A stretch of DNA of 64,000 bases from Chrysomallon squamiferum (lineage: Eukaryota > Animalia > Mollusca): positions 10,354,001 through 10,418,000 of the forward strand of contig CM022679.1 in NCBI GenBank assembly GCA_012295275.1, written 5' to 3'. Below are positions 41,090 to 55,070 of this stretch, piece after piece. The notes under the pieces were generated by a model. It searched no databases, was not told where the DNA came from, and saw only the letters and a program-made list of their open reading frames with translations. The first letter of the stretch is position 1, and the number at the start of each line of letters is the position of its first letter. The position numbers and the translations under genes are program-made.

Positions 41090-42100
41090 AAATCCTCAGA
41101 GAACATACAACAACAATACACATACATAGACATACAGATACAGAAATATACACAGACCCCCGTTAATTCTCGTACATGCGAACAAATATCCTCCAAACAC
41201 ATCCACAAATACACATAACTAAATCCTCAAACACATGTACAAACTTACACGACTAAATCCTCAAACACATGCATAATCTTCAATTACACACACAAATAAA
41301 GAAACTCACTCAAATGCTAAATCCACACACACATGAACTTAATTCTCAAACAACAAACACAAATATGCACATGTACTTAATCCTCAGACGCATCGACAAA
41401 CATACACAAACTTTAATAGTTTATACTCACACACACGCACACAAATATACACTTGCTGTAAATCCTCAAATATATACACAAATATAAAAAAACCCCACAA
41501 ATTCTCAACACAAAGACAAATACTAAATCCTGAAACACATACACAAAAAATAAATTCTCATATACGCAAACAAACACGGACGTAATTCTCAAACAACACG
41601 TAGACTAAAACACACACACACCTGCACACACACACATACAATTAATCCTCAAACATATACACAAATACTTAATCCTCAAAGACAAATACAAATAATTTAA
41701 TCCTCATACAAACAAACAAACAAACAAACATGGACATTAATCCTCAAACAATGCGTACACAAAGAAAAAAATCACGCACAAATAATTAATTCTCAAACAC
41801 ACAGACAAATAATTTAAATCTCAAACACATAAACATGGACAAACACCTCAAACAATAGTAGTCCTCAAAAAACGTACGCACAAATGGACTAAATTCTCAA
41901 ACCCACAGACAAATGCTAAATCTCAGACACACAAACATACACAAACACAACTGAATCCTCACGTACATACGTACGTACACATGGACTAAATTCTCAAACC
42001 CACAGACAAATGCTAAATCTCCAACACACAAACATACACAAACACAACTTAATCCTCACGTATACACACGTACACACGTGGACTAAATTCTCAAACACAG
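41090..42100. repeat. Degenerate AATCCTCAAACAC minisatellite with a younger 97-bp higher-order duplication
   Basis: Many aat(c/t)ctcaaacac cores; 97-bp units start at 41884, 41981, 42078. Confidence 0.8.
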
Positions 42101-42461
42101 AAGCACACATAATCGACGTACACAAACACACGCTGCAGGCAGAATGAAAACAAACACGACAGTTTTATAAGCAGCTGGGAATCAATAAAAAATAATCACA
42201 GCAGCACTTTGCGCCTCAAATGTAAACACAGAAGTATGCGTACTAACTCAGAAATAACTGCGTGGTTTGTCTTCATGCCGGCTAATTATCTACTGCAGCC
42301 AGGTCACGTCTTCTGTCACAAGACGTCATCGCCGTGACAGCTTCAAATGGGTGTTGACGTCTGCGCTTTCACGGATCAGAAAAGATCGCGATCTCTTCGA
42401 GTGAATGCAAGAGATTACAGGATGTGCTTAAAATGTTGTTGTTTATATTGATACGTAACTG

Positions 42462-42606
42462 TTCACGTATTATTTGAATACGTACGTTTTTCTTGTCTTC
42501 GTTTTTTTTTTTTTATTAATTCTTGATTGATTCACGTACTATTTGAATACGTACGTTTTTCTGTCTTCGTTTTTTTATTTTTAATAATTCTTGATTGATT
42601 CACGTA
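42462..42606. repeat. ~69-bp tandem duplication
   Basis: ttcacgta(t/c)tatttgaatacgtacgttttt...ttcttgattga units start at 42462, 42531, 42599. Confidence 0.85.
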
Positions 42607-43417
42607 ATTAATTTGCACTCATCATTATCGTCTTTTTGACTCTTTATATAATTATAGTCTTATTATAAAAACAAGATGGCGAAATAAATATATAAATAAA
42701 TAAATAAATAGCTAGACTGATAAATCAAATCAACTAAAGAAAAAAAAAAAAAAAAAAAGGGAAAATAATAAATATATAAAAATAAAAAGTAAAAGAAAGA
42801 GTTCACTTTTCATCAGTATAATATTGTTGTTGTTGTTGTTGTTGTTGTTGTTATTATTATTATTACTATATTTTGGAATAGACGAAACTGAAAAATATAT
42901 ATGTATTTTGTAAACTGTCAGTTATGTACCAGAAATATCAACCTAGAACTGTCACAGAAACAAAGCAGCAATCCTAAACTGAAATCGTCAGTTTAATATA
43001 ATCTAGATAAATTCAGTGCTTTAACGAACGTCCGTAGCAATCGATTCGTTAAGAAGTTTTTCCTTTCAAACATTATTAAGTCAGTGTGACAACCAGCACA
43101 GATGAGGTCAAATTAAATACCGCTAAGACCATCAACGTCTTCGGCGGAATCCGTCGTAGACTATTGGTCAACAACTACGGCGAACGCGTTCGACAAATCG
43201 CCGATTGCTTTATTAAACAGACGGACCCATAGTGAGTAATTGCATGTTTGTGTCGAATTAAAACCAACTAGTTATCGCTTATATAATTTGTGTCGGTGTG
43301 ATCTGATTCCAGCATCCGCCAGGATATTAAGCTCTTTTGTCGTCTGACCACTGGATCAGTGGAGCCCACCGAGTGATGACGGCACGTTCTTTTTGTCTGC
43401 ATAACCACTACCATACC

Positions 43418-43435
43418 CAACGCCCTCTGGTGGAA
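43418..43435 (-). promoter_or_regulatory. CTCF-type motif (TTCCACCAGAGGGCGTTG)
   Basis: Core CCACCAGAGGGCG fits CCASYAGRKGGCR; GC-rich motif in an AT-rich background. Confidence 0.5.
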
Positions 43436-44123
43436 ACTACGTCAGTCTGGTTTCGTGGTTTATAACTGTTAACAAGGGTCGTATAATAGAAACCGAAGAA
43501 TTCATCTTTTATTAATTTAAAAAAAAAAAAAATAATAATAATAATAAAAATTAAAAAAAATAAAATGGTGGGGAGTGAGAAAAAAAAAGAAGAAGAAGAA
43601 GATTGTTTCAATTACAGTTTTCGTGGTCATACCCTTTGGGAACGGAAATAGGTACAGGTTGAAAATTCCAAGGTTACCAGTTTCCGCCTTGGGATGAACT
43701 TGGCAGACATTTTGAAAAAAAAAAGGTTTATACGTAGGCGTCGTAGCATCATATCGAATTTTTCGTTTCATCAAGTCCGATAATACTACTTATACTTATA
43801 TATATAAACCTATTACTGGATTTGCTACAAGAAGATTCATACCAAGAATCTCCTTTTTGATTAAATGGCTGTCGTGAAGAGAAATAATAACGTAGAGAAA
43901 TGATATAATGGTTAACAAAACAAATGTGGAAAACAGAATCAGGAAACTTACAGGAAGATGGGTGAATTTTAAAATGGTATGGTAAATGTTACATGCAACC
44001 ATTCTCATTGTTACTAAGCAACGACTCACTGAATGAATGACTAAATCAACGTGTGAATGTTAAACAGCGTTTCTAAATATTTACAAATGTCTGCCCCTCC
44101 GTATATTCTTTTAACGTGAAGAA

Positions 44124-44230
44124 GGTAAACCCACTGTTGCTGTTATTTCCGATTAGCTAGAAGTAATCTTTTATATGCACCTTTTCGTAGACAGGAAAAC
44201 ACACACAAAAGTCTTTGATAAATCAGACTA
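44124..44230 (-). mobile_element. Meta/MESC-type SINE fragment
   Basis: ggtaaacccactgttgc...tttccgattagctagaagtaatcttttatatgcaccttttcgtagacagg...ctttgataaatcag. Confidence 0.6.
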
Positions 44231-46767
44231 ATGATGAAAAAGCTCGATGCTTAACATTGAAAATTGATAAATGCACGTACAGTGTAACGACATTAGTTTT
44301 GTATTTTGGATGTTCTGATAGTTCAGTTAATTGGAAGACAAGTCGTTACGATTTATCGTCTAGTGAGATTACAGCTTTAGATAATTTACTTCAGTCCCTG
44401 TATTAGTATAGTTCAAGCAAAGAGTTTTTATCGTTTAGGTGTTTTGGTGTTTTAGTTTTGTGTTGAAATAAATTCAGTGTTGTATTTATGAATCTTAAAA
44501 GATTACTGCTACCACTACTATTACTACGACTGCTATCACTACTACTACTACTACTACTACCATCACAACCACTACAACCACAACTATTACTTCAGATATT
44601 AGAACTCTCAGTAATTATTTCTTCTACTACTTCTACAACCACCAATTATTATTTTTATTTCTTTATTTCTTTTTTTTTTGTTTTTTTTGTTTGTTAACTG
44701 AAATCTCTATAGCTCTCCGTTCTTCCAACATAGCTATTTTATTTCGTTAATTAAATTCCATTCTATCACTTTGAAATTATTTTTAATTTGAACTATTCAG
44801 GAAATCGTTCCTTCTAATATCCAGGAAATAATTTATGATTATTATTATTATTATTTTTTGTATTGTTCAGGAAATAATATTTTTTGGTTGTTGTTGATGT
44901 GTTTAATTCAGAAAATCATTAATTTTAATGATAAGCCATTGTTACTTTTTTTTTTTTATTCCTTATTCCAGGAAGCGATTTTCTGTTTAACGTCCAACTG
45001 TTTGTATCTGTTGTGGTTTAAATGTACTCTTTATATTTATATATCAGTTTTATCGTTGCTTTTGATAACGCAGGATCGCATATATTACATTTTAAAAAGT
45101 CATTAACATATCTGCAATGATTATCAATTTAGTTTCTTGAAGAAACCAGCTAAATTTACTCAACCAGTTTAATTAGAAATATAATAAAAAATTTAATTTA
45201 AAACTATCACAACGGTCCTAATATTCAGTTATTTCAAACTTTAATTTTTGGCTTGAATGAAACAAGTCAAAAGAAAATCGCTGAAAACTACAACAACAAC
45301 AACAACATCAACAACAAAAAACAACACCTCTTTATTTTTATTTATATAGATGGCGTTTTAGAGTTCGTTCAACTTGGAGGAACTGTAAGATCTGTTAATG
45401 TACGATTTTTCTATAGCTTATATTACCTTACTGACGGTTGCATAATAATATTTTATGCATCTTCGTCGTCATAAAACTGTCAGAATAAATCATAATATCT
45501 GTCCATCGAACAAACCGTACAAGTGCACTTAGGCGCAGAAAGTACAATGTATATAACAGCCATTTGTATCCGCCAAAATAACCAAAAAAACCAAACGTAC
45601 CAAAAGCAAAACGTAACATGTATGAATATGATCAGCAGATGTAAAATAGTCTAAAAAAAAAAAATAGTTATCTCATTTCGCACCAGGCTTACATTTCTTT
45701 TTCTTGATTTTTGTTTTTTCTGTTTCTTTTCAGTGAAATAACAAGCGGGATTGTGAAGTATCGCGTAAACGTGACGTGTGCAAAGGAAAACGGAAGAGTG
45801 TAAATCCTTGTATAAAAAAAAAAACGAATAGAAACAGCGTTTATTTATTTATTTATTTATTTATTATTATGATTATTATTATTATTATAATAATAATAAT
45901 GATAGAAGGATACCATAAAAAAAACACACCCAAAAACTAATAACATATGAATCACTGTTTCAGCTAGAACATATTTACAATAACAATGTTCTGCCTAACC
46001 GGTGAATCACGCACTTGGTAATTATAGTATTACAAGATTCACTATCTTTTCTTCATTATCGACATTTCGATATTGTATTGCATCTCTAATCCTCGTATAT
46101 ATATATATATATTTATCACTTTTGTATTACACTATCCACTTTGTGTCATAAATTAACATCATCATTACAGAGCCTTTTTTTTCATTTTTTTTTTTTTTTT
46201 TTGTTCTGTTATGGTCTTCCATCCTTGGTCTCTTTTTATTTCAGAAAAATCAGACGCTGCTAGTGAAAGAGTTCTCCAGCTTGACGTACACGTAACGGTA
46301 AATAAATGGGAATTCGTGTTACGGAAAATAAAGCCTGTGTTTTCAAAATTCTGTTGTTTGGATCAGTTATTTCCATCTTCAAAAATAAAAGAAAAATAGA
46401 TAAAAGAGGGGGAAAAACGAATAATAATATTTTTGATCATTGGTTATTATTTTTACAAACATAAAATTTAAATAAAAGAAAAAAATTAAACATGCATGTA
46501 TGTATACACACAAACATGCAAATGTCTGCATGCTCGCACACACGTCTCCCTGTCATTCTTTGCCTCAGAATTTAAAAAAGATCCGTTACACGTGCCTGAA
46601 TGTATGTGTGTGTGTGTGTATACATTTATACATTTATTTTTATATTTACATTTATATACATATACATATATAAACATCCATATACCTACCTACTTACCTA
46701 CATACATACACACACACACACACACAAACAGAAAGAAAGAAAGAAACAGATATCGAACATATTTTTG

Positions 46768-46801
<34 letters not shown>

Positions 46802-47345
46802 ATAATAATAAAATAAAAAAATAATATCTGTTATGAACAAAATAATTACACGTTCGGTTTTACAAAAGTTGTTTTTATAACATACAAAATAAACACCTTT
46901 CGAGTCTGTCAGCCAATGAATAGTAAATTAAACGTATTCATTTCATTTGTTCTAGCATGCCATGGTGCTCCAACGACAAACAGAGCGTGAATCATTACAG
47001 GACAATTTTTAATTTTTCTTTTTTTGTATTTTAAATTATTATTTAATATAAACTCTCGAGTCTTATTATACCTGTTTGCGAGAAATTTCCGTGACACTGA
47101 CGGCATTAGCAATAATGCAATTAAATTTATGCAGAGAGCAGAACACGTTTTCAATACAGCAGTAAATAATTCACTGATATTGAATAATGCTTCAGTTGGG
47201 TGATCAGCGTATCTAATTTAGTATCGGAGCAGGGTACGCTCAGATCGCTGTACTGTATTGATTTTAATTATATGTATAATGTGCATTGGTCGGAACTTAT
47301 TATGAACACATAGACTGACATCCAATGTGTTTGTTTATAAATGTA

Positions 47346-47382
<37 letters not shown>

Positions 47383-48504
47383 ATATACAAAGAAAAACAA
47401 CAATCGCACATACACAGATAGATACAGGCATGTATATATGCATATATTCATAAAGGCATATATAATTACATACATACATACATACATATACACACACATA
47501 CATACATAAATATGTACATATATACATCCATCCATCCATCCATATATAAACACATAAATACATATATAAAACATAGAAACAGCACTCACACTCACATACA
47601 CACTCACACACACACACACACACACAGACACACACACATATATATATACACACATATACATACATAAAACATAGCTACATATACACTCTTAAGCACACAT
47701 ATATACATTCACTTTCATACAAAGATGCTTAGAAACATACCAACATAAATATATACAAGCACATATACACCACTTACACAAACACACATACTTACATGGT
47801 TATATACATATGTTGGTGGTACATTTATTCGTGTTTTTAGGTGTATACTTTCGAGAAAACTTACACTTTCTACATCTAACGTCTGTTTTTCAAATCACAA
47901 CCTTTGCTTTCCCATTCTCTCTCTCTCTCTCTTTTTCTTTCTTTTTTTTTCTTTTTCGTCTTTTTGTTTTCTGTATCACGGCAGTAAATAACAAATAAAA
48001 ATAATCTTCGACTGTCTCCGTTTATTACCGACAGAAAAGACAGACAGTGAAAACAAAATCTCAATCTTTCTTCGAGCCACGCTTCATTTGATGCGGAGCA
48101 AGAACGTAACTGGAGCCGGTGTTATCAGCAGCGATGTTAATCTTCAGTAAGTTGATTTCAAAGCAATTATGAAATTGCCTCGAGTTGTCGTCGCTAATAC
48201 GTTTATTGGCGAAAGGTGTCGGAAAGCAACGATGGCCGCTTGTGAACTCGGGATATTCCGTGATATTCATTTTGAAGATTCGTGGCGTAGGTGTGAGTAT
48301 CTGGAGATTACGTTTCCGCTAACCTGATTGTGGGGGGAAATACAGTGACACCAGCTAAGGTGTCTGGGAGTTCGCGAGATACGTTGTGTTTCTACCGACT
48401 GATGTCTTGGGACAGAATTATCTTGTGAAGTTAGATGCCGTGCCCATGACAAGCTTCTTTGAAAATGTCTCCGATGGCAGCAGAATAAAAAGATTTAAAA
48501 AAAA

Positions 48505-48787
48505 AAAAACGTACCACATGCCCAGTCATAAACGTCCCCATATCAAAGTCAGTATTCAATTAAAATCAGCACAACGTCCTTGACGAAAATATATTTTCAA
48601 TTTGTTACGTTGCACTAGCAATTTAACAGCACTGTGAAATGAAAACTACGAGAAAAGCACAAATAATGATGATCCCCATTTTACTTATTACTACTGATAC
48701 GAGATGAGGTTTTGACTCGTTGAGCAGGAGACGTTTTGACCAGAATAGCGGGGACGTTTTGACTGAGAGACGTTTTGACTGGTTCCC
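48505..48787. mobile_element. Non-autonomous DNA transposon (MITE) relic with repeated subterminal motifs
   Basis: Right end has GACGTTTTGAC x3 plus a variant and ends gactggttccc; left end has the inverted ccagtcataaacgtcccc and aacgtcc motifs. Confidence 0.55.
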
Positions 48788-48968
48788 GATAAAAATACGC
48801 ACAACAATATTTAACAAAATGTAAATCAAGGCAGGGAAACAGTATGTTTTACATATTGTGATGAAAATCTGAAGTGCTTAGAACCAACTCAACCCGTAGA
48901 AAATAGTTTTTGAGATAATATTGAACTTATTAACGTATTTACATACACACAACCATGCATACATGCAT

Positions 48969-49034
48969 GCATACATACATACATACATACATACATACAT
49001 ACATACATACATACATACATACATACATACATAC
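48969..49034. repeat. (CATA)n microsatellite
   Basis: Directly visible. Confidence 0.95.
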
Positions 49035-52000
49035 AACAAAAACAAAGAGAGAAAACCCAATGACAAACAAACATAGGCTATTCTTTTAGGGTTGTGATCA
49101 TTCATGGAGCATTGGTTAGATTTGGAAATACCCAAAGGACCACCGCCCACGTATAATTTGTTGTTAACACGACATTTGTGTTTTCATCTCTTCTTAGTAA
49201 TATCGATTATTAATTGTTAAAACGTTACAAATATTGATTTCAGTCATTTTAGAAAATTAAATTTTATTTCAGATGCAACAATTCGTTTACACAGAATGAA
49301 CAGTTTTTTTCTGAGAATATTCTGTTGCGATTAGATGTTGGACGGTTAGACTGACATTATTAGTGTGATTTTTTTTTGTTTTGTTCGAGGTGACAGCAGT
49401 AACCTATAAAATAATCATCAGAATCAATAAACTGCAATAGATATAAACAACAATAAAATATAAACAAAAAGGAGACAAATATGTGAACAGCTGAATAATA
49501 ATAAAATAAAATAAAATGAATAAATATTTAGATAGAAAGATAGATAGATAGACACACAGACAGACAGAAAACAGAAGAAAAACAAAGCAGAAATAGAAAA
49601 ATAACAGAAAAAAGAAAAGAAAATACCAGACAAATAGAAACAGCGAAACTGTAAATTGCTGAAACGAAACTAAATTTAATTAATAACAACAACAAAAAAA
49701 AAAAAAAAAAAAAAAAAAAAAGAAGAAAGTCTCAAAACCCAAAAAAACACGAAAATATTGTTGTTTTTACACAATTTTAGGTCTATTCAAATCATCCAGG
49801 AGCTGAATTAAACACTGAATTCATTTTCAACATTATTTACCAAAACTAATTATTATTCCAATACTCGCTGTTTAATTCAAAAGACCGATACATTAATTAC
49901 ATAACCACACGCCTCGGCAGATTATGGAAGTGAATCGGATCACATATTCCGAAAACTCTAAACTTAACACCTTAGCTAATCTTGCTAACCAATACTGAAC
50001 CACCTGTGACAAAACAGCTATTTTTCTCAAGGTTTCTCGGACAAAAGCGTTTACCTATGTACGTAATCGGTGAAAGAGAAAAATTCAAAAAATGGCCTTC
50101 GGTAATTTTTCTGGCTTGAACTTGAGGTCAACCGTGTATTAATATCGTTAGATAATTATAGTTATTTAGCTGTTTGTTGTAATGGCACGAAAATTAATCC
50201 ATACTAATAAGAATGGCCAAACCTTCGATCATCATCATCGCACTCTGACAACGTCCGATGACGTACTCAGTCTTCATCATCGTTAAATAAGTGAACCTTA
50301 GCAACAACCTGCCGTTGTAACGAAAAACCGGTAATTGTGGCAACGACTGAGAGAGTAATCAATGGTTTAGATCGGAATAATGTAACAAGTCTGGCAAGGA
50401 TAGTCTAGGAATGTTGCTAGAAAAAAAAAAGAAAAAAAAAAAAAAGAGGGTTTTAATGCAAAAATATGCAAATCTATCAAATTAGGAACATTTATAAGGT
50501 TTGTCTACGAGTAAGTGACAGCCAAGGAATGTTCCTAGAAAAGTCTTCTGAAATAAACATGTGGGTTGATGTCATTGTTAATACCTAATAAATCTGACAC
50601 AGTCTCTAACAAGGGACAAAGGTCTTCGTGTGCAAAAACAAGGAATAGTACTAGAAAAGGGCCTTTTAATGTAACCATGTTCGGTTTTGGTTCAGAAACA
50701 AATCAATTGTAGTTAAAATCGGAATATCGAGCAACTCTAGCAGGACAGACTAAACAATGCCTCGAGGTGCTAAGGAAAAGATCGGAATGTCTGTTAATCA
50801 CTATCTTGGAAATTAATTATATTTCTGGTTAAAACTGGAATGTCTGTTTCGAAAGGTTGTTAGGAAAGGACTTTAAGATGAAGATCGGAAAACCTGTTAA
50901 AGACTCAAAATAATATAAATGGATACGGGTGATTTCTTTTGTCAAGATCAGTACGTCTAACAAAGTACTGGCTACCATGATAGGACAGACACGAAACAAT
51001 TTACGACACAAACAGCTCGGTATTATAAGGACGAGTCACCATCGCAGCAACTGTCTAAACAAAAAAGACAAAACAAGAAACAATAATAAAGATAGAGAGA
51101 TCCCTATTTACCAGGCATACTTCCGAAGTATGGACTAATTTGAACTATGACTCGAAGTTTTATCTAAAATAAGGTCGGAGCTGTTTGACATATGTTACTA
51201 CTGGGCAGGGAAAGGGTAGTTACGAGAATAGAACTGACAGATAAGTTAAAAAACCTCTGTGTCCGTCAGCAATGAAATGACAGTGTTGCATCATGTCTAG
51301 GGATATTTTCAACGCAAAGGATGATCCTGCCTAGTTCTGATATAGATTGTTTGGGGATTAGGTTAGGAACTGTTTCTACAGTAAAGACAGAAAATGACTT
51401 AGAATATGAATAGAAATTGTCTCTACGATAAATAAGCTGGTAGATATGAACTAGTCACAGGGTGTCTAATATCAACATCTGTGGTTCGCTTGTAAAACTC
51501 TTTCTTTTTAATCTGTTACTATTACTCAAAACTTTAGTTTGCAATACCTACACTTCAAAAAATATATCCGAAAAAAAACGATCTTATCTGGAAAAAGGAC
51601 ACAGCTGGGGAGAAATATCTAAAACAAAATTTAAGACAAGAAAAACGAAAGACAGAAACAGTTTGAAAAAAAAAAAAAAAAACAAGATAAAAGAACAAAC
51701 AGAGAAAACAGACAAGCAAACCCTTACTAAATCTGGCTGAAAAGATTAAATTAAAACGGTTTTTTTTTTTTGGCTAATTATAAACACAGAACAAACCATA
51801 AGGATCGTGCTCTTGTCGATTGGAAATTTCGTCATGATGAGAGAAAGGTCAGAACTAACCATGAGAGAAGTACAGGCTGCTGGATAGCAGGGATATCAGG
51901 AATGGAGGAGTATTCTTGAGTTTTTATCAGAACTGTGCGTTCTTTATCCAGCTAACATTTCACAGGTAGCAGATACAAAGGGCGGGAGGAATTTAAGCGA

Positions 52001-52185
52001 AATGTTGCGATTGATTTCCGTAGTGCAGATGTGTCGTGCTGGAGAAAGCAAAAGGCGTGTGTAGGTTCACAGTTAACACGATAAAGCGGATATTTGTATA
52101 CAGAGCAAAAGTTAAAGAAATAATAAAAATATATGATGAAGAAAAGTAATAAAGTAAAATGAAATGAAATAAAAAAAAAAAAATA

Positions 52186-52233
<48 letters not shown>

Positions 52234-52276
52234 GAAATAAAAATAAAAATAAAAATAAAAATAAAAAAAAAATAAA

Positions 52277-52308
<32 letters not shown>

Positions 52309-52797
52309 AAAAAAAAATAAAAAAAAATAAAAATAAAAATAAAATAAAAAATAAAATAAATTAAAATAATCTTTACAACTGTTACTCCAAGATGCTTCAC
52401 GAACCCAAGTTTTTATTCACTCTCTCTACTCAGGTAACATATAACTTCTCTCTGTTTTGGGGTTTTTTTTTTTTTCTTTTTTCCTTTTCTTTTTTTTTTT
52501 TTTTTTTTTAATTTAATGCTTTACTTACAAACATCATGTATCTGAATGCATGGAATAGTTTTGACTTACGTTTTCTTTTTCAATTAACCAGGCGTAGTAT
52601 GTCTTCTCGTATCAAACTCTTTATCTGTTTGTCACGCATTCTTTCGCTTTCTGCTCGAAAACTGAAATCATTCGTTCATGTTGAAATCTAACTATTTTTT
52701 TAATTTTTTATTTTTTAGTTATTTCACTCAGAGTTTTTTTTTATCATATTGAATTAGGTTACAAAATAATACTTAAAGAGCTTCAGGTGTGTTTAAC

Positions 52798-52893
<96 letters not shown>

Positions 52894-53832
52894 GAACATA
52901 TTGTCTATCTCTCTGTGGGTATTTACGTTGTACTATTGTATATGATAATTATTCATAAATATCTACTTACCTATCTTTTTACCTGTCTACTAGCTTTATC
53001 TTATTATCTCTGACTAACTGTATTTATAATCCATTTGTGTATTTTATGTATATTTTGTGTATAATTCGATGTATTTGTGTTTGTGAGTGTACGTGGATTT
53101 GACGAGTATTAGTATGTGTATTTGTAAGTGTATCTGTTGTTTGTATTTATGGATGAGTGTTTGTATGTCTCTGTACAAGTGTAAGTGTGTATGCTATTCG
53201 TATATTTGTTTGTTTCTGTGGGTTTGTGTGTGTTGTGTGTGTGTGGGTTTGCGTATGTGTGTGTGTATCTGAGTGAGGGGGTTTGTACCTCGATCTCTCT
53301 GAGTTACATCTACTGGCAGCGGGGTATATTGTACACTCGTTTTAAAACGCGTTCATTAAATTCCACAATGAAATTAAACAAAATATTCTTGTAATACTAA
53401 TATATGAGAACCATAAATGAGAAAATGTGATATATATTTCCGCTGGGAAAAATAAAACAAAAAATAAAACAAAAAACCAAAACAAATCTTCGTGTTTTAT
53501 TGGTGAACAGGGAAGGTATTAATCATATTTCTGCACTGAATGCTTTTTTGGAAACTTTGCAAGGAATTCTACGTTATCGACAAGGTTTTGTTTTGTCTGT
53601 GGCATTCCCAGTTCCTGCATGTCGGAATGTTTTAACTCGTTTTTGCGTAACGTGCATGCAGTAAAAAGCACGTTCGACGTAGTGACGTCATCGGATCCAG
53701 TGAGACGTGAGAAATGTCTGAGGTGTGTTTCTCTCTGACAAATATCCGGGTGTTTTTTTTTCTCGATAAATGGTCAGCAACGTGCCCAGACTCATTCTTT
53801 CTGAAAAGGATTCTTCGAAAATGTCATTGTTT

Positions 53833-54042
53833 AAAACTTCTAGAATCGTCCACTTTTTGAAAACTTCTAGAATCGTCCACTTCTTGAAAACTTCTAGAAT
53901 CTTCCAATTTTTTTTTTTAATTCTAGAAGCTTCCAATTCTAAAAAAATTCTAGAATCTTCCATTATTTTTAAAACTTCTAGAATCTTCTATTTTTTAAAA
54001 CTTGTAGAATCTTCCACTTTGTTAAAACTTCTAGAATGTTCC
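53833..54042. repeat. ~27-bp minisatellite (8 units), each unit a heat-shock-element-like TTCnnGAAnnTTC
   Basis: Consensus aaaacTTCtaGAAtcTTCcacttttt; perfect triple pentamers at TTC 53892, 53921, 53948, 53976, 54029; single-mismatch copies at 53838, 53865, 54002. Confidence 0.85.
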
Positions 54043-54228
54043 ATAGATAAAAAAAGAAGAAAAAACCATACCAAAAAACCCCCCAAAAACCAACAATAAT
54101 AAATAAATAAATATAAGAAAGAATGAATGAATGAATGAGTAAATAAATCAATAAAACTCACCAAAATTAAAATAGGAACGCAAGAAATATAACAAAACTA
54201 AAAAAACAACAACAACAACAACAACAGC

Positions 54229-54261
<33 letters not shown>

Positions 54262-54489
54262 AATAATAAAAAAAATAATACAAATAAAGGTACTAAAAGG
54301 AAAACAGGAAACCTCACAGCAATCTGGTAACATATCTGTGTGTGAGACCTGACAGGCTCTGATTTATATATCAACACCATTTTCATACACACACATCCAC
54401 TCGCTCATTTCATTAGCCCAGCCAATTAGTCGCACTCAAGACAAATTCAACATTCATCCAACTCCGTTATCTCGAAACACAATTAGCGT

Positions 54490-55070
54490 GGCATTGCTCC
54501 CCAAACCCATTACGGGAGTCGATTACTGCATCGCGCTTTGTCGTCACCTAACGCTTGTTGGTGTTGTCGCAAGATTAACCACGCTGCTGGCGTCGCCTTT
54601 AGATTAACCGCGCGGCTGATGTCGCCGGGCTTCGACGACTTTCCGAAGCGGCCCCCGATCCGAGAAAGGATTAGCAGAACCGACGTCGTGTACGTCATCC
54701 GTCACTGGAAACGGCCCGGTTTGAATGTCAAACAGAAAACAGAGAAGATTTATATCCGCTCGGGCTGTTTCGTTCGGAGGTTAGTGAAATCCCGTTTATG
54801 AATCTCGTCACGTAAACGGCCGAAGATTTACTCCGAGAGGAAGCTTATTGCTCGCCAGACTGGTATCCCTTCGCATGCTGATAAACGAGCGGTTATAAAG
54901 CAGGCACCACGCGGCGGACCAGTCAATTTTCGAATTTTCCGAAGTAATCCCGTTTACGTCGTTCGCCGCTGAGATTTCGGGTTATTTTCGGTTCATTCAT
55001 CAGAGCAGTGCTGCTAGATTTGTGTCGCGTTTGGTAAACAGTGGTACCGCGGTTCGAGCACCGTAAATTT
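54490..55070 (+). promoter_or_regulatory. CpG-rich island with TATA box and initiator: putative Pol II promoter and non-coding first exon
   Basis: TATAAAG 54894-54900; Inr-like CCAGTCAATT 54919-54928 at canonical spacing; candidate GT donors at 55034 and 55063; appears to be the most GC/CpG-rich stretch of the window. Confidence 0.45.

Noticed and set aside
50390-50670. GGAATGTTCCTAGAAAA repeats as a second HSE cluster
   Set aside because: Only one two-pentamer match; the third GAA is off-register. Treated as an old ~120-bp degenerate repeat.
55020-55065. tRNA-like GGTTCGAGC and TTTGGTAAA motifs
   Set aside because: Spacing too short and no acceptor or anticodon stems.
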